A stretch of DNA of 64,000 bases from Fimbriosthenelais zetlandica (taxonomy: Eukaryota), in contig OZ365115.1 of NCBI GenBank assembly GCA_977030845.1, positions 31,000,001-31,064,000 of the forward strand. Direction: 5' to 3'. Position 1 is the stretch's first letter. Each line of letters starts with the position of its first letter. The position numbers were made by a program, and so were the translations under genes. Positions 12,383-25,220 of this stretch are shown piece by piece. The notes under the pieces are model-generated. The model ran no database searches, had not been told where the DNA came from, and saw only the letters and a program-made list of their open reading frames with translations.

Positions 12383-15025
12383 ATGAAACCGCTAGATGCC
12401 TTCAACATGTCTGATATATTCAGACACATCTTTCTGGGCATAGGATTGTTAGGATATCTCTGGATGTACACTCTATTACAAGTGGATACATATGAGGGTA
12501 CAGTTACAATTGTGAGCACTGGACAGCTAAGAATTAGGGATACTGTGGATGGGGGAAAGGATGTAGAGAAGGAAGATGAAGGGCCAGTATTGAGTAAATT
12601 TCAAGCCTTAGTTAGGTTATCAAATGGGGACATTAGAGAGGAGGATTTTAAAGCTGTACATCGCAAGAACAAAGTGTTTTTTCCTAATTTTATTCGAATG
12701 GATGATGGATGGCCTAGGAATAATCCATCTCGACCTAATGGTGCTGATCATAATGTGGACCGATTGGTAAGAGTTGGTTCCAATTTTGTTTTTTTTGAGA
12801 ATTCTCCCATTCTCGAAAATCCGACTGGTTCCGATTCACCATCAGCTGGCAAACAAAACACAGTAAACACATCCAAACCTTTACTTCAAATAAAATCACA
12901 GAAGAGCCTCGTGCAAAAACTTATAGATCAAACAAATGATCAGCCTCACTTACTTAGACCTGTTGTGGGAATTAATGAAGCAAACAGGTGGGGGCCTGTG
13001 AAGGAAGTCGATAGAAACATTCTAGCCATGGCAGCGGATAACCTACGCATGAAATCAACTGGATTCATTGGTAATTTATTTAATGAGGAGAAGGAAGACA
13101 TACCCATAGAAATTCAGAGAATTCAGAGATATGGATCATATATTGGACAAAGCAATGGAGAGAAGGTGGAAAATTCTCTTGGAAGTCGACAAGTACAGCA
13201 AAGAGTCCTACAGACTCAGAAAAAAGTGCCCAAACAACAAATACAAACAGCTTATAATATGGGCGAAAAAGTGGAGAGAGTACACACAGTTGTAGAAAGA
13301 GACCAGGCAAACATGAGGGATGGGGAGGTGGAGAATGATAAGAGCCACTTTAACGCTTATACAAACAACATGATTTCTAAAAATGCGATCATCAAAAATA
13401 AAATTATTACAAGTGCTGAAAAACACAGGGACGAAAGAGAGTTTGGGTACACTGCAATAAGGGGGAGAGCTGCAGTCAGCAAACCAGTCCAGGTAACCAG
13501 AAGCAGAGAACAAGGCAACGATTTAACCATATCAAAATCTGAAGAGAAAGTCGGATTCAAAAGGAGTAAAGAGAATGTTTGGTTAAAACCAATTTATGAA
13601 TGGAATACAGGGAGACATCTCAAAGCTTGGATTGTGAAAGAGGAATCCATGGACGTTCCACCTTCAACTAGTCACCTATTGTATAATGAAATCATAGTGG
13701 AAGCTTTCCGGTATTTCGGGTTTTATGTTATCATTTCACATTATCCCCCTGACGACTGGGACGTCAACTGGGGGGTACAAGAATCATATAACCCGCAGAA
13801 TACCCATTCTAGCGCGAATGGAATGTCAACTCCTGGCAATAAAATGAAAACGGTATATGGCTTACATGGGATGGAAAGCCTATGTTCAAAGGAATTGCTT
13901 CACGCCTACAGCGATATACCTAACATGAAAAAAGCGTTTAAACTCCCTGAACAAAAGGAGGCATTCTTTTCTCGTGCTCAAACTAATATCCAATATAACC
14001 CATATTGGTATGTTAAAAAATACTCCCATCCTCAATCATATTTGACTTCATTTAATGTGATGCTAGAAACAGTTCTAAATGAACCTTCGTTTGTCACTGA
14101 GTACTTGCCAAATCCATTATTGATGTATGGTAAGAGAGTTAGTGTAGGAATATATGTGATAGCAAGTAGAATTAATCCCTTAGTCGTCCATCTCTATACT
14201 AGAGAATGGCAAATACATTTATGTGAAAACGACTATCTACCTCTGACAAGAAAAAGTATGGAGGAAAAATGTGTTTTACCACTCCATACTGTGCCCAGAC
14301 TCAAAGAAGGATTTCAACGAAATCCAAAAACAACGGAGAAAATGTACTTCATTGATTTCCTAGAACAAAAAGGCCTCGGAGGAAGGTCTTTGGAATGGAG
14401 GATACAAAACGCAACTTCCCTTCTTTTCATGAATCATGAAAAACTAATAGCAAACCACAGTGAAACAAGGGGAAAACAAAACAATAATAGGAACAGGTAT
14501 GCCCTCTATAGGATAGATATAGAACTGGATCAGTCTGGCAAACCATGGTTTACAGCGATAGACAAAGATCCATTTAAAAATTGTTATTTGCAGACGAAGA
14601 GACAAATTGAAATGGTGCGCAACTTAGTCAAAGAGACTCTAATTTTGACGGGAGTCAGTTCGTTACACATCATATTAGATAAGTCACTGGAAGAACTAGT
14701 TCCAGAGGAGCAGTTGAACGCTGATATTGTTAATCGAGTCATGTGTTCGTCAGAAACCTGCAGAACTTGTCAAACATGGCAGTGTCACTTGTGCAGACAA
14801 TGTATGAATGAAGAAGAAAAGAACATGTTGAGACAGGAATGTCTAGAACACAGAAGGAAAGTTTCTTGGCTGAGAATATTGCCTCTGGCTTTTCGGGAGA
14901 GGAAATCAAATGTGAGATGGAGCTTTGAAAAAGACGCCAGATTTGAAAAATTGTCTCAAAGAAGCCAATGGTTGAGTGTATGGTACACCTGGAAATGTGC
15001 CATGGAGGACTCTTGGTGTATGTGA
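12383..15025 (+). CDS. Intronless tubulin-tyrosine-ligase-family (TTLL15-like) ATP-grasp protein with N-terminal signal anchor and long low-complexity stalk
   Basis: Single 2.6 kb ORF (first ATG 12383, alternative ATG 12407). Hydrophobic segment IFLGIGLLGYLWMYTLL. TTL-like blocks DWDVNW, EYLPNPLLMYGKRVSVGIYVIASRINPLVVHLY, YRIDIELD. C-terminal C-x4-C-x2-C-x4-C-x2-C-x2-C plus EHRRKVSWLRILP, which resembles invertebrate ttll-15 proteins as I recall them. Confidence 0.75.
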   Translation: MKPLDAFNMSDIFRHIFLGIGLLGYLWMYTLLQVDTYEGTVTIVSTGQLRIRDTVDGGKDVEKEDEGPVLSKFQALVRLSNGDIREEDFKAVHRKNKVFFPNFIRMDDGWPRNNPSRPNGADHNVDRLVRVGSNFVFFENSPILENPTGSDSPSAGKQNTVNTSKPLLQIKSQKSLVQKLIDQTNDQPHLLRPVVGINEANRWGPVKEVDRNILAMAADNLRMKSTGFIGNLFNEEKEDIPIEIQRIQRYGSYIGQSNGEKVENSLGSRQVQQRVLQTQKKVPKQQIQTAYNMGEKVERVHTVVERDQANMRDGEVENDKSHFNAYTNNMISKNAIIKNKIITSAEKHRDEREFGYTAIRGRAAVSKPVQVTRSREQGNDLTISKSEEKVGFKRSKENVWLKPIYEWNTGRHLKAWIVKEESMDVPPSTSHLLYNEIIVEAFRYFGFYVIISHYPPDDWDVNWGVQESYNPQNTHSSANGMSTPGNKMKTVYGLHGMESLCSKELLHAYSDIPNMKKAFKLPEQKEAFFSRAQTNIQYNPYWYVKKYSHPQSYLTSFNVMLETVLNEPSFVTEYLPNPLLMYGKRVSVGIYVIASRINPLVVHLYTREWQIHLCENDYLPLTRKSMEEKCVLPLHTVPRLKEGFQRNPKTTEKMYFIDFLEQKGLGGRSLEWRIQNATSLLFMNHEKLIANHSETRGKQNNNRNRYALYRIDIELDQSGKPWFTAIDKDPFKNCYLQTKRQIEMVRNLVKETLILTGVSSLHIILDKSLEELVPEEQLNADIVNRVMCSSETCRTCQTWQCHLCRQCMNEEEKNMLRQECLEHRRKVSWLRILPLAFRERKSNVRWSFEKDARFEKLSQRSQWLSVWYTWKCAMEDSWCM

Positions 15026-15902
15026 TAAATACAAAGACGATTTTCGTGTTAAAAAGTAATGTTACAAAAAACAATTCTCCAGTTATTGAAAGTATGTGTT
15101 ACGACTAGGCTACTACCTAAAGGTGTGAATGTTGGATAGAGAACATTATAAACTTTACATTTAGACCTATAAATTTATAATCATTAATTTTGGACAAAAC
15201 TGACTCATGATATTAAATATTAGGCTATGTAGGCCTATATTGCAACGGAAGACTGCATCAAAAGACCTCAACTCATACAAGTACATATATGTCTACTTTA
15301 CATTATTTTCGTTGGATACAAATCTAACTTGCGAATAAAATGTGGGCTATTAAGTGTTATAAAAATACTTCTGCCATTTACTCTTGACCACACCCGTAGC
15401 AACACCGTAATTAAGCCTAAGTTATTCTTTTCTTGTGAGGGGGCACCACCATTTTAGAGCAGCATCCTGTAAATTTTTCTATTTTCACTGGTAAATTCGT
15501 AAAAATTCTGTAGTGTAGCGTGAGGTAAGAGGCCCCCGGGGTAAGGCCCTTTTCCCCTGGTGGCTAAAATATGAACCATAGACCTATATCTGCGTTACAC
15601 TACCCCTTTGGATATAGGCCTAGAACGCTGATGTGAATGACGTCACTTTGCAAAGTGGCTACTTACTGTCGTGGGAGTTGAACGTGAGTTAGAAGCTGTC
15701 ACTTTGTCAGTGTTTATAATATGATTTAGTTAGTAGGCCTACCGGTATGAGGCGGAGATGCTCACGTACACGGGTCTGTCACAGTGTCAGCTGGTCAACT
15801 GATCAGAGGGAAGGGGGATGTTCTGCATGAATGACTCAGGGGAATGACCGAACTACTACACTATTCATGTATGCCTACATAGACATAAATAGAAATACTA
15901 AC

Positions 15903-16115
15903 TTGTAGAAGTGCTTGTAGATTAGGATAGCAGCCAGCAAGAGTTGCAGCTAGGATAACAGCATGAGCTGCTGCCCCACACGGAGGTGAAGCGAACTGCA
16001 TCTCGCAGTAGAACTCTCCAGTCGAAGGTAAAAAGTCACTTCCGGTGACTGAGTAAGTTCCGCCACACTCCGCAAAGTGGCGCTCCAGTCGTTCCTCCCA
16101 TTCTGTGCGGAGCAT
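15903..16115 (-). CDS. Possible first coding exon of an unidentified gene, head-to-head with aph-1
   Basis: ATG at 16115 opens 71 codons ending CAA|gttagt (plausible donor). No homology recognised. The region is GC-rich, so the ORF may be spurious. Confidence 0.3.
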
Positions 16116-16316
16116 GTAAGTTCCGCATCAGGTTTTTCACTATAATTCTTGGCTTAAAAATAATGTTTGGGCATTAATTACACATTAAAACTACATGAGG
16201 GGCGTCTTGTTATGTTTTACATACTAAAAGCTCTCTCCTGATATTTCACTTCGGAGCCGAGTCTTTTGTCTGCGGAACACCGGAAAAGGCATCATCGGCG
16301 AGGAAAACATCGCACG
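16116..16316. promoter_or_regulatory. CpG-rich housekeeping promoter and 5' UTR exon of aph-1
   Basis: CpG-rich patch with ETS-like CTTCCG/CCGGAA motifs. Donor cacg|gtgagt after 16316 and acceptor tttcag| at 17233, just upstream of the aph-1 ATG. Confidence 0.5.
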
Positions 16317-17260
16317 GTGAGTGTAATAAGGTGTTTCCTGCCTCTGAGTACGATTTTAGCCGTTAAATTCCACTTGGAATATATGAGACATTAGTTTTAA
16401 GGAAGGTCCCTTTTCATATGGACTCCAAAATAGCATAGATTAGCTGTTGTATGGTATTTTGTTGACGATCTATTGCACAGTCTGTGTCGGTGACTCAACC
16501 AGTTTTCCTCCCCCGGTCTGTCTATCACCTGTGTCACTGGGTCTCTAATCATGAAATACTTGTCAAACTGGTCTTGACAGAAATAGGATTGAATAGCTTT
16601 AATTGTCATCACTCCGGTGACCGGAGTGTCTCAAGTTCTTTGCTTATGACTTATGTCTTAGTCATTGTGTCTATGCTCGAGTCAATATCAAATCTAGCAC
16701 AAGTGCCACAAGTAGCACTAGCAGGGTTAGACTCGAGCCTAGGCTACATGTAGTATAGGCTAGCCTAGGCCCTACATTAATTCAGCAACTAAGTGACTAA
16801 GTCTTAAGTTTAGCAAGGCCAATGATATGGCTCCATCTATCTAGGGCTAGTACTAGTAGTAGGGACATTGAACATTAGGTACTGTCAATGCAGCCTACAG
16901 TTTCCCAAGTCCAAGATTTGTGTATTCAGAATTTCAGTGTCCATATTTATTTTATAATATATATATTCATATACCGTAATTTATATGGACCTGTCCCTTT
17001 TTCTTGTCGTTTAATAGTACTAATTAGACCAGATTTAAAAGCTTAGACTGACAGATCCAATAAGCAACCAAAATCACCTAGACCTAGGCCTAATGATTTG
17101 AATGCAATCAGCAGAATATTTACGGATACCGGTAGATCCACCATCTTAATGATAATGAATGAAGTTAAAATTTCTCAATTTTGGGGGGATCCTGAGACTA
17201 ATAATATTATTATCTGTTATTTTTTAATTTCAGAGAGACCATTTTATCTTCGGGGTCAAG

Positions 17261-19364
17261 ATGACTGTGATGGAGTTTTTTGGCTGTGGCTTTATAGCCT
17301 TTGGACCAGCTATTGCCCTATTCATATTCACTATAGCCACAGACCCCCTTAAAGTAATTGTCTGTATAGCTAGGTGAGTACAAATTTTGTGTAATAACAA
17401 AACTTTGTGTAATAATTTATCATTAAATGTAGTGTACCGATAAATATAATTTGAATTTTGGAAATGATCTCTTCATAGTTTTATTGAGTCTCATCCTAAT
17501 TAAATAGAAACACTTTTTCTACAATTTCTAGTGGTTTCTTCTGGCTGCTCTCCCTACTGCTATCGTCTTTATTATGGTTTGCCGTCGTGCCATTGCGGGA
17601 TCAACTAGCATTTGGTCTCGTCTTTTCTGTCCTATTCCAAGAGGTCTTTAGGCTATTATTCTACATGTTATTAAAGTAAGTATAATTGCCATCATTGAGG
17701 AACCATGATACATTATGGTGATTTCTTTAAATTTGAAAGATTATTGAAATGGTCATTACCAGGGTATCTGGGTTATGATAATATGTAATATTTTCAATGG
17801 CTCATAAACATTATATAGATATGGAATTGAATCAATTATATAAGTAATTTTCAAAGAATATTTTTCCAAATTGAATAAATAACCCAGATGATCACTTTAT
17901 AAATTTATTCGTGTGTTTTTTTCAGGATGGCAAATCAGGGACTTCAAAAGATGACGCAGCAAGAAGGTGGCAGTGGCATACAGCTGGCCAATAATTCACA
18001 CTTAATGGCCTACGGTAATTCTACTCAATATTCTGTCCTATTACAAATCATTTTAAAATCGTATAAATCAGAATTACAATTATGTGAATAATTTTAGTCC
18101 ATATTATTATGACACTATTGTAAGCCTTGTCCTCACATAACCCATTCCACGGTGAAATGTTTTTCTCATATTGATGTCACTTTTCGTACTATTCTTTTTA
18201 ACAGTAACATTGCCAGTTTTGTGGGCTATCACATTGACAGTTGTATTATTCTTTATTCCACAGTTGCTGGTCTAGGGTTTGGACTGCTGAGCGGAGCTTT
18301 CTCCCTTGTTAATGTACTAGCAGACAGCACTGGGCCAGGCACTATCGGCATCCATGGCGACTCGGACTTATTTTTCATCACCTCAGGTAAGGGTCCTACA
18401 ACACATCCTGCCATCTCCTTCATTCACCTCAAACTATGTTACCAATGTCACAAGCAAAAACTTTGAAAATTAACTCAAAAATTTCAACCCATTATTATTT
18501 ACTAAAACTATTCGTCCATTTACCTCAAAGCTTATTACAATGTTCCCCAATCAACTCCGAAAATAAACCATTATTTAGAACAACCAGATTTTTTCCCGAC
18601 TATTAAAAACGAAGAAAATGATCTCCTTTTCAGCCTTTTTGACATTGTGCTTCATCCTCCTACACACATTTTGGGGCATTATATTCCACGCGGGAATGGA
18701 CCAGAAAAAATACGGTCTGGTGGCCCTGGTCGTCTGCAGCCATATGCTCGTATCGTGTCTTGTAAGTAGCAGAATTTTCATAATTCCGAGTCAACTTTTT
18801 CTTTGCAGTAAAATCCATTCTTAATTCTGTTTCCATAGAGACCATGTTGCAGTGGAAACTTTGTATTCTTCCTGATAAATATTCTAACAAAGTGTATTCG
18901 TGGAACACCTTATCCATGCACATGTATGCATTGTAGATTGCCCCCACCAATTCATCCATCTACTTATGTGTACATGCATGTTCCCATTTCCATTCTTCCT
19001 CCATTCATTCTTTCATTCATGCATGTCTTATCTATGTATCCTTACTTTCCTTCCATTCATTCACACCATTACTCTTTTCACACCATTCACACCATAACCA
19101 GTCATCCTTTTTAGATCCCAGCCATTGTAAGATGGCCTTGATTTGATCCTTGATATTCTCTCGTGCACACTAATTTATCCTTGATGTAGTCCTTCATTTC
19201 CTTTGTTACAGACTTTGTTGAACCAGAGTAAAGAACCAAAATATGCCGCCACTCTCGTACCACTCTACCTTGTCATGCTTGCCATGGCTATACTCGCCTT
19301 CCTTTTAGCTGGTGGCCGAGTCCGCAAAATCCCCACAGCTTTCAGGCTCCGCCAACTCTCATGA
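17261..19364 (+). CDS. aph-1: Gamma-secretase subunit APH-1, 6 coding exons
   Basis: Exons 17261-17373, 17532-17675, 17926-18014, 18264-18386, 18634-18761, 19212-19364 splice in frame: MTVMEFFGCGFIAFGPAIALF..., FWLLSLLLSSLLW, QEVFR, GLGFGLLSG (GxxxG), GPGTIGIHGDS, LLHTFWG, HMLVSCL. Confidence 0.96.
18900..19100. repeat. Cryptic (TCCA/TTCA)-rich simple repeat in the last aph-1 intron
   Basis: Degenerate ttcatccatc / ccattcattc / ttcattcatg runs. Confidence 0.5.
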
Positions 19365-22300
19365 AAATCTCTTGTAAATTCATCTACCATTGTTATGCAT
19401 GTCAAACTCTTGACTGTTGCACTACTAGGACTCACTGCAAAAATCTTTTTGACAGTTTGAGGAATTCTGGACTTGGCTGAGTTGCATCTCGAGACTAATT
19501 CGTTATTAACTCAATTCTGCCTCAGAGCGAAGTTCTTTTTTCTGAATAGTTAGCTTGGAACTAACTTGGAACTTTACCTGCAATTTTCATCGCCCAATGA
19601 ACATTAATCATTTTAATGTCACCGGCATTGCGTTGTGATTTTAACGATCTATACAAATTGGCGGCTTGAGACCAAGATGGTTAATTTAGCTAAAAGCTTT
19701 GATATACGATTTTTAGCCATCAGTGGTTGCTTCCAACGCGCTAAAATACGCCTGCAAACCACTGAATGCTTACTATAAAATATAGTCTAATATAATGCCT
19801 CCCAGTCACTGACACCCAGTCACACTTTTCTGGTTTTGCGTTTAGTAATTTAACTTTGAAAATTATTAAATGTGAAATCATTAGACCCAAAGTGATTAGT
19901 GATCCAAAGTCTCTAATGTGCATGTCCATTGGAACTAGCACCTTTGTAAGCAAAACTCCCACCACCAAGTTTTCCTTACCTAATCATAATAATGATGTAA
20001 TAAGGGACCATTCTGTTACATTGTTAAGACTGTTTCAAATTAATTGCTTAATTGATGTTTACGTTTTCAGTTAGCCACCATTCAATTCCTTACTATATAA
20101 TTATAAATGGTTTTGAGTCAATTGGCGATATTTATTAGAATATTTTAGTCCAAATTCATAGATGGATTTTTATGTCTTTTTAGCAAAGCTACATATTAGA
20201 TATAATTCCCCTATTTAAGTATTTTAGTAGCGATAGTACTGCTTCTTTCCCACTGGCTACATTTATTTAAGAATGAAATGAAAAATAAGTTGGTTCAAAT
20301 ATAAACTTGTAGACCCTCATTTAATCATAATGTAAAATTAAGCCACCCACACCTGATGCTATTTATAATTTTACCCTCTATTCCAGACACTACTTAATCA
20401 AGGCTCCAACCCTGTATACCTAGGCACCCTCCTTCCCGCATTTACTGTAATGATTACAATGGCTTGGTTGGCTTACTTCTTGGCTGGGGGCTCGCTACGT
20501 AATCTCAAGTCCTGCTTGTGTACCCGCCAGCGTGCTTACACCCTCGACTGACAGTGCTACCAGCAGGTACGGTGGTAGGAGATGGGGGGGATACAAGTTT
20601 AGTTATTAAAAAAATAATAATTATGCGAACAGTCAACTGAATATATGTATGTGAGAGGGGTTTGGTAAGTATTCTGTCAAGGGGCAGTTTATTCATTTAT
20701 GCTGGGTCATAAATGATTAGGTTGTAAAGGGATGATTGGTTTCTGATGATTTGCACAGTTTTGTAATAGTTAGCTTGAATGTTAACTAAAAAGGATATAA
20801 TGTCTTCAAAATGGGAATATCCAAGTCTGATTCAGATGTGTATCTGAGGAATGGACGGAATCCTTGGTATTGTCATAATTATATATACACGATGTATCAA
20901 AATGAAGTGTATATTTCTGGAGTGGTATCATGATTTTAGAAAATACGGGTCCATCTCATCAATTTTGCACCATGGGGCTATATGAATAGATATATATTTG
21001 GACATACGATCCCTCCTACTGTTGTAAACTGAACCCAAGAATGAATCGCTATTATCGAACATGGTAGGCCAAAAACTTGTTGCGTCCAGGCACCAGAAGC
21101 ATAAAGATATCCTATTTATAAAATAACTACTTGAGTGGTTCTATAATTTTCGAAATAAGACAGCAATGTATTAATGAAGATTGAACAACTCCATAATCAT
21201 ATCTGGGCCGTTGGAAATTACTAGAAGAATTCCCATTGGCTCATTTTACGGCCTGCTATTTTAATCGATGATTCTCTACCCAGAAGTATTCACTAACACC
21301 ATTCTCCACAACCTCAGGCCAAATGAAACTCACTCAAATGGATAACCAACCCATGCCATGAATTTTAATAATGAATAAAATAGGAATTACATTGCTGAGC
21401 GTTTAGCTGAGTTACGTGAACATAATTAATGACATTTTAATGTCATAAGATTAAAATAACTGATCCGCCCCAGATATTGGGGGTTTTCATTGATCCATGC
21501 ATGTATGGAATGTTCTAGATAAGTACAAAGCTCGAACCCGGCTTGTAATATGTGTAAAATTACCATCCCATATCATTTAAGTTTGACTGTACAAACTTGG
21601 AATTTATGACCACTTCCTAAGTGAGCATTGCAATACAAATATTATACATTTCCTGCTGCAAAACTTGGACGCAACGAAAATTATTCCACTTTCTTCTAAG
21701 AACTTATGTTTACATATAGATGTGCGAATGTTTGTTTAAACCTGTTATCTTGATCACCAAGTTTCCTTAGAAATTCAAGTGGACGGCTAGTTACATGATT
21801 TGTTTAATGTTTTGTCACAAGTAGAACACCCAGATTAGCTTTCAAAATCCCTTTGAATAGCCTGAAGCCTATCTGTCTGACTCTTATCATCGAAACATTA
21901 ATTATATCATATAATTGAAAATCAAGGGCATTTTAATACATTATCCCTCTAGGGGTGTATATAGGGTATTTATTTTTTTAAATGATGATAATGCGCTGTA
22001 CAGTAATGTATGAGTCTGTAATTGCATTAACGTAAGTGGCCTGAACGTGGAGAAATGATATTGTTAGCTTCTGAAAGTGTAATAAATACGTGCAATAATG
22101 TGATGGAATAAATCTTTCACAAATGGAATTTTGTCTTAAAGTGAAAGCATTATCATAATATTCTGCTAGTTCTCCTGGGGGAAATAATAATTTAAAACAA
22201 ATTTTATTTTGATTTCAAAAGTACTTGTTCTGCTCATTAAATATTGCGTGGTATGATATGGTATAAGGAATTCATGGAAAACACTATCAGACCAACTAAA

Positions 22301-24908
22301 CATTTGTGCAGATTCCCCCAAATTCAGTGTCAATATAAGTAATTTATGTATTAAAGTGACATTGATTCATTGCCATTCATTCCTGGCACACAATATTTAA
22401 GATAGTGTGAAAGGCATATCCATACAGTTTATATAATGACTTGTTCATTATGTCTGTACTTCTAAAATGGTGTATATGTTGGGTTCCTAAGTTAAAACTC
22501 GTGCAGATTGTATATATGTGTATATTCTAGATTTGAGGCAAAGCAGTGAATGGAAAAATATGACTTATTTTCTTCTCATCCATTCACCTAAATTCCGCTA
22601 TAGTATTTGTTTCAAAGGCGTTGGGAGTGTTTAGGAAAGATCTAAATTCCCTAAAGATAAAAATCAATGTCAGAAATGATGAAAGACATGGCAATATATT
22701 ATTTTTAAATCGTGACTTTTTGGGCCTAGGCTGATGATGTGTTACATGAGGGTATAAATGTATTGGTATGACCTCAAGACTACGCTGTTGAAAAAAATTA
22801 AATCCTTTAAAATATATTTCCACGTCATCCAATCTGTGGCACATACTTCCATCCCGATCCTGTTTAATCCTACAGTTATGATATTGTTATGATTTGTACT
22901 TATTGCCTAATATTTGTACATTATTTCTCAATAAACGAGGAATATTTCAACCATGTACTTCTCCATAGTTTTGTTTTGAGTGTAGATCATTATGGAATTT
23001 TAGTGGGAGAAAGTGTTAAGTTGGCAGTTGTGTCATAATGATAGACACCAATGCGATAGGCGTTTGATTGTATTTTAATTGGAAAGCTTGACTATTATGA
23101 GTGGAAGTCACACACATCTGGAGAGCACAGAAAAAAGTCACAAAATTAACAATTCGGTCATGCCAGTGAAAAGGTCTTTGGGGGTATTTGCCTAGGCACA
23201 CAGTGGTGCAAAGGAAGTTTAAGCCTACCAGACTGTACTCTCGTTGGATCAGGGGTCTATTGGCTTTACTATAGAACTGTGCTATAAGGCATGAGAACTA
23301 CAATGGTAATCCAATATAACCTCCTGACATTACTGCTTACTATTCTCAAATCCATAACTTGAACATAACTGCTTGGTATCAAAACTGCTTGAGAGAATGT
23401 AAATTGAAATGTAATAATTACATTATTCAATTTATAATAATATAAAACTTCGCCTTCTGCTGGTTACTGCTGTATCCCATATAAATGTAGAAAATGGAAT
23501 AGGCAATTCACCACCAATAGGTATAAAATATACTTATTTTGATTTTCAGATTGTTTTTCCTAGTAGGATATTGACAGTTCCTATGACCTCTAGTGTTAAT
23601 TCTGAGCCAAGGAAGCTCTGGGTGTAGTGTTCAAGTTGCCCATACATGCATCATACTTGAGCCACGCCTGTTGAAATGCCGCTCAATATGGCTTTTGAAA
23701 AGGTCAAACTTTGGAGTCAAGTAAATATGTATTGAGTTTACCTATTGGTAGGTTTAGGTCATTCCAATCGACCTTCCGAGAGTTAGGTCATAGGTCAGGT
23801 TAAATCATGACTTTCCATCATATTTTGCATTGTATACCATGATCTCCTCTCCCTACGTCCCTCCCCTCCCCTCTCCCTTCCCTTCTCACTGTAGGAACTC
23901 CAACCAATCCTTTTCCATCTGAACTATTTCACTTTCTTCTATTCTAACAAATTTGACGGTATGTTAAATTATAAGAATATAAAATTTACTACAAAGAAGA
24001 GAGAGAAAATACAGTTGAAATGAGTTACTTCATGTAATTTTGGTCTAATTACTCTGCGCATATATAATCTTTAGAAGAAATTACATTATAAACAATGATT
24101 TTGCCACGGTGAGGAGGTATCATTTTAACTAAAATACTACAATTCCTATTCATACTGAGCTATAATAAATCTATGAGCAGTCATCCCCATTATTTTTAGT
24201 ATAATATTCCACGACCCAAATGCACCCCCGGAACTCTGCAAGCCCTCTCACTAGATGTACGCTGGTAAATCGAAGAAATGAATTTCACAATGTAAACTGC
24301 AGTATTTGCAAAGGGTGTCACTTCTTGTCGACCTTTCGAACCACAAGCAGAGGAGCTGGAATCATGACTTGGGACGAGGAACCGTCCAAACATTATAGAA
24401 TAGACCTAGCTGGGAGGGGTAGATGTCTAAAATAAAACAGGGAAGGGACCGAGATATCGATAGCTATTTCAACATGCCAATGCACTAATCTTAAGATAAA
24501 AAGTGAGATAACATTATCCAATATAACACCCATTATAGTATGATTGTGAAGAATACAATGTTACATATCATTAGGTATATGTCACAATAATAGTTTAGTG
24601 GTCAGGTAGGCCTAGATATGAACATTTTACAAAATGGTCTTAAGCAGTTAAAAGGCCTATAGTCCGTATGCACGACTGGTTGGAGGAGGGATTAATATGG
24701 CTCTCAAAATAATAATAGGGACAACGAAAAATAAATTCCATTGGATTCGAAAAGTTTGTGTAATTCCAACAGATACATATAAAAGCAGTCTCAAGCCATC
24801 GATTTGATGAGAACCACGCCTATGTGCCTGATTATGTTAGGGGCAGGGAATACGTTCCACATTTTAGAGTATGTCCCCTAGCCTGCCCAACTAGTAGCGG
24901 CACCTGAA

Positions 24909-25037
24909 TATAAAGGGCGGGGATCTATGTATATTTGAGATGGAGCCCTTTTTGTGTGCCCTCTTCGCTCCCTGTCTTTTATATATCTTAGGATCAAGGG
25001 GGTTCCTGAAGAACTGTGGCCTACACCTTACCTCGTA
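24909..25037 (+). promoter_or_regulatory. Candidate TATA/GC-box promoter and non-coding first exon of the orphan membrane-protein gene
   Basis: TATAAAGGGCGGGG at 24909 and strong donor cgtaag|gtaagc near 25037, about 180 bp upstream of the ATG at 25221. Confidence 0.3.
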
Positions 25038-25220
25038 AGGTAAGCAGAGGCATACTTTGGATGTGAGAGGGGCAGGGTGGAGAAGTCCCAAATACAGCGC
25101 GGAATATACCATATACCTGTGTGAGGTGGGAGGGAGTCATTACCCTCATTATGGTGGGTTAAAATAACCACTATTGTTATTTTTCCATCCATTTGAGGAT
25201 TTTAAACTTTTCGGAACACC

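Noticed and set aside
19400-24800. 5 kb region with small ORFs on both strands, including overlapping ORFs at 24196-24435
   Set aside because: No homology recognised, no consistent splice model and no terminal repeats; treated as intergenic or decayed repeat.
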